NCBI GenBank assembly: GCA_964352775.1
Contig: CAYGTK010000002.1
Location: forward strand, 1 to 60,810
DNA: 60,810 nucleotides
Reading direction: 5' to 3'
From: an uncultured Chitinophagaceae bacterium
Lineage (GTDB): Bacteria; Bacteroidota; Bacteroidia; Chitinophagales; CAIOSU01
The notes below the pieces were generated by a model. It searched no databases. It worked only from the letters and a program-made list of their open reading frames with translations, and had not been told where the DNA came from. A program made the translations under genes and the position numbers. Positions 58,499-60,810 of the stretch are shown here, in pieces. Positions within the stretch are counted from its first letter, which is position 1. Each line of letters opens with the position of its first letter.

Positions 58499-60265
58499 CT
58501 ACACGTTAAATAGGTCAGCTATTTCTTGTGCGTACTTCTCATTTATCACCCGGCGCTTTAGCTTCAGGGTTGGCGTTAACTCATCGGTACTTACATCCCA
58601 TTGGTTGGGTAGTAGTTTGAAGCGCTTTATTTGCTCCCACTTACCGAAGTCCTTATTCATCTCGTTTATCTCGGCCTCGTAGGCTTTAATAACGGTTTTG
58701 TTGTTCACTATCTCGAACATCTCTGTGAATTCAACACCATTGCGGTTGCACCAATCTCGTAGGTTCTCTTCGTTCGGAATAACCAATGCACCTACAAATT
58801 TTTCATTCTCGCCCACTACAGCCATTTGCTCTATTAGTGGACTCTCCTTCATCTTATTCTCTAATGCCTGCGGAGCAATGTACTTACCACCACTAGTTTT
58901 GAAAAGCTCTTTCACACGGTCGGTTATCTTAAGGTATTTGCCATCTACAAATTCACCTACATCACCTGTATGCAACCAACCATCTACCACGGTTTCCGCA
59001 GTTTTGTCCGGTAAGTTGTAGTAACCCACCATTACGTTTGGTCCTTTACAGAGTATCTCGCCTGATGTTTCGTGTATTTTCACCTCTACTCCAGGTAATA
59101 CCTGCCCTACGGTTCCTAACTCGTAGCTACCTTCTTCAAAATGGCCTATAGTAATTACTGGCGATGATTCCGTTTGTCCATATCCTTGGCGCACAGCTAT
59201 TCCTGCCGCATTAAATACGCGTTCTAATCTTGATTGTAATGCTGCTGCACCAGTAACAATACCTATAAGGTTACCCCCTAAGGCTTCTTGCCACTTACTA
59301 AATATCAATTTACGTGCTACGAATAATTTCATGTTATACCACATGCTGTTATTTCCACGAACATCGTATTTCAAACCAAGGTCTAAAGCCCAGAAGAATA
59401 GCTTTCGTTTAAACCCTTCCAAGTCTAAGCCTTTAGCCACTATTTTATCATACACCTTCTCCAATAAACGCGGTACGCTGGTAAAGAAGTGTGGTTTAAC
59501 CTCCTTAAGGTTATCTGCTATCTTCTCCATGCTTTCGGCGTAATACACTGATGCGCCAACTGCATAGTAGTTGTATATCACTACCCGCTCAAACACGTGG
59601 CAAAGTGGTAAAAAGCTAAGTACTATTGCGTTATCATCAAGTGGAGTTAATATCTGGGTTACCGCCTTTACATTACTCACCAAATTATTGTGCGATAGCA
59701 TTACTCCCTTAGGGTTACCTGTGGTACCCGAGGTATAAATGAACGTAGCTACATCACCCGGATCAATAGCATCTTTTTTAGCTTGAACTTCAGCTTGGTC
59801 TACATCCTTACCTAGCTCTAAAAACTCACTGATATGTTTTGCACCTTCTACCTTTTCAATGGTGTAGATGTCTTGCAGACTGCCTATTTCTTGCTTTACC
59901 TTATTCACTTTTTTGAACAGATCTGCATTCTCAACAAAGGCCACTTTTATCTTGGCATCGTTGAAAATATATTCATACTCACGTGGGCTAATGGTTGGGT
60001 ATATAGGCACGTTAATGGCCTGTACTTGTAGGATACCCATATCGATGAAATTCCACTCGGGGCGGTTACCACATATAAGCCCCACCTTATCACCCGGCTG
60101 TATTCCATACTTTATGAAGGCACGACTAAAGGCATTGGCCTGATCTACCACTTGCTGGGTAGAATAAGGTATCCACTTACCATCGACCTTGCTCACCAAA
60201 CAATCGGGTTGCGGATAGGTGGCTAGCTGGTGGTCTAATATTTCGGTTAGTCGTGTGAAGCTCAT
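58499..60265 (-). CDS. fadD: long-chain-fatty-acid-CoA ligase (AMP-forming)
   Basis: YTSGTTGNPKGV AMP-binding motif, GYGQTE, TGD...D...ITDR.KE, 588 aa. Confidence 0.85.
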   Translation of the reverse strand: MSFTRLTEILDHQLATYPQPDCLVSKVDGKWIPYSTQQVVDQANAFSRAFIKYGIQPGDKVGLICGNRPEWNFIDMGILQVQAINVPIYPTISPREYEYIFNDAKIKVAFVENADLFKKVNKVKQEIGSLQDIYTIEKVEGAKHISEFLELGKDVDQAEVQAKKDAIDPGDVATFIYTSGTTGNPKGVMLSHNNLVSNVKAVTQILTPLDDNAIVLSFLPLCHVFERVVIYNYYAVGASVYYAESMEKIADNLKEVKPHFFTSVPRLLEKVYDKIVAKGLDLEGFKRKLFFWALDLGLKYDVRGNNSMWYNMKLFVARKLIFSKWQEALGGNLIGIVTGAAALQSRLERVFNAAGIAVRQGYGQTESSPVITIGHFEEGSYELGTVGQVLPGVEVKIHETSGEILCKGPNVMVGYYNLPDKTAETVVDGWLHTGDVGEFVDGKYLKITDRVKELFKTSGGKYIAPQALENKMKESPLIEQMAVVGENEKFVGALVIPNEENLRDWCNRNGVEFTEMFEIVNNKTVIKAYEAEINEMNKDFGKWEQIKRFKLLPNQWDVSTDELTPTLKLKRRVINEKYAQEIADLFNV

Positions 60266-60361
60266 CGTTAGAGAGGGTTTGATGTTGAACGAAGTTAGAT
60301 AACTCCATAAAAATAAGTCATGATGGGCAAAAAAAGATGTCTAACCCACAGAAGGTCAAAT

Positions 60362-60397
60362 AAAAACAAAAAGGCCCTGCGCAATGCACAGGGCCTT
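60362..60397 (-). terminator. rho-independent terminator after the YceI-like gene
   Basis: On the minus strand, AAGGCCCUG-ugcauugcg-CAGGGCCUU followed by UUUGUUUUU. Confidence 0.75.
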
Positions 60398-60420
60398 CTA
60401 TATAATTTATTGGGCTTGGC

Positions 60421-60810
60421 TTATGCTCCTGCTGGAGTAAAAGTTAGGTCCAAAGTCAATTCGATCTCATTTTTGATCGCCTTGTCGCCTAATCCTTCAA
60501 AGAAAGAACCAGAACCGTATTTGATCTCCCACTGCGTACGATCGATAGCGAATGTGCTGCTTGCTTTAACACCACCTTCTACTGCTTCTACTTTCGCTGG
60601 GAAAGTGATCTGCTTGGCTATTCCTTTAATGGTCATGTTACCAGTAAGCTCATGCGTATACTCTGTACCAGTTTCAACAGGGTTTGCACTAGTTACTTCA
60701 AAGCTAGCTGTTGGATTACCTGCTACATCAAAAAAGTCAGGTGAGTTCAAGTGACCTTCTAGTTTAGCTTTCAAGTCAGCATCATCTGCTAAGTCGGTGT
60801 TATCCAAAGT
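60421..60810 (-). CDS. YceI-family periplasmic protein, 5' end outside the window
   Basis: The segment TGNMTIKGIAKQITFPAKVE...IDRTQWEIKYG...IELTLDLTF matches the YceI lipid-binding barrel pattern. The ORF is open to the window edge. Confidence 0.8.
   Translation of the reverse strand, partial: TLDNTDLADDADLKAKLEGHLNSPDFFDVAGNPTASFEVTSANPVETGTEYTHELTGNMTIKGIAKQITFPAKVEAVEGGVKASSTFAIDRTQWEIKYGSGSFFEGLGDKAIKNEIELTLDLTFTPAGA

Noticed and set aside
1-60810. A search for tRNA, rRNA, tmRNA or RNase P genes, and for transposases, integrases or defence-system genes.
   Set aside because: No cloverleaf-like GGTTCGAATCC / T-loop contexts appear in any intergenic gap. There are no rRNA-like conserved blocks. 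No ORF has DDE, tyrosine- or serine-recombinase, nuclease-ATPase or RT signatures. The window is core-genome-like apart from the surface-protein arrays.

Overview
This 60.8-kb chromosomal window looks like a Bacteroidota (Flavobacteriia/Cytophagia-like) genome. The evidence is several T9SS type-A and type-B C-terminal sorting domains, SprB repeats, a BatA-N protein, TAnnTTTG-type promoter boxes and A-rich start contexts without a Shine-Dalgarno. All calls come from reading the ORF track and sequence by eye; no searches were run. About 50 genes are present, mostly on the minus strand and mostly housekeeping. They include TCA-cycle genes (sdhCAB, sucA-sucB-lpdA, fumC), purine genes (purT, purD), ribE, rpsT, secA, deoC, hutU, sdaA, fadD-like and radC. 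There is also a GT2/gmhA envelope operon, and a sulfur block (cysC-cysD-cysN followed by prx-cysM-mec-cysO-moeZ). I found no rRNA, tRNA, CRISPR array, transposase or integrase. The main finding is in the 240-nt gap between cysN and prx. It holds a 20-codon leader ORF with five consecutive Cys codons (MATWMCCCCCQHQRGYFGRR). Part of this ORF can pair with the 5' arm of a perfect GC-rich terminator just ahead of the sulfur-carrier-protein cysteine operon, which fits a leader-peptide attenuator responding to cysteine. Secondary observations:
- A CysO-like carrier ends in GG-KN next to a JAMM protease.
- Four tandem T9SS cargo genes share an unassigned Cys-framed module.
- Two giant T9SS type-B adhesin genes are tandemly duplicated.
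- A four-helix-bundle (rRNA-IVS-type) gene cassette with flanking inverted repeats sits inside sucAB-lpdA.
- An 830-bp repeat- and hairpin-rich non-coding region lies upstream of radC.
- A REP/MITE-like element occurs twice.
- A dihydroorotase-like gene has lost its metal and catalytic residues.
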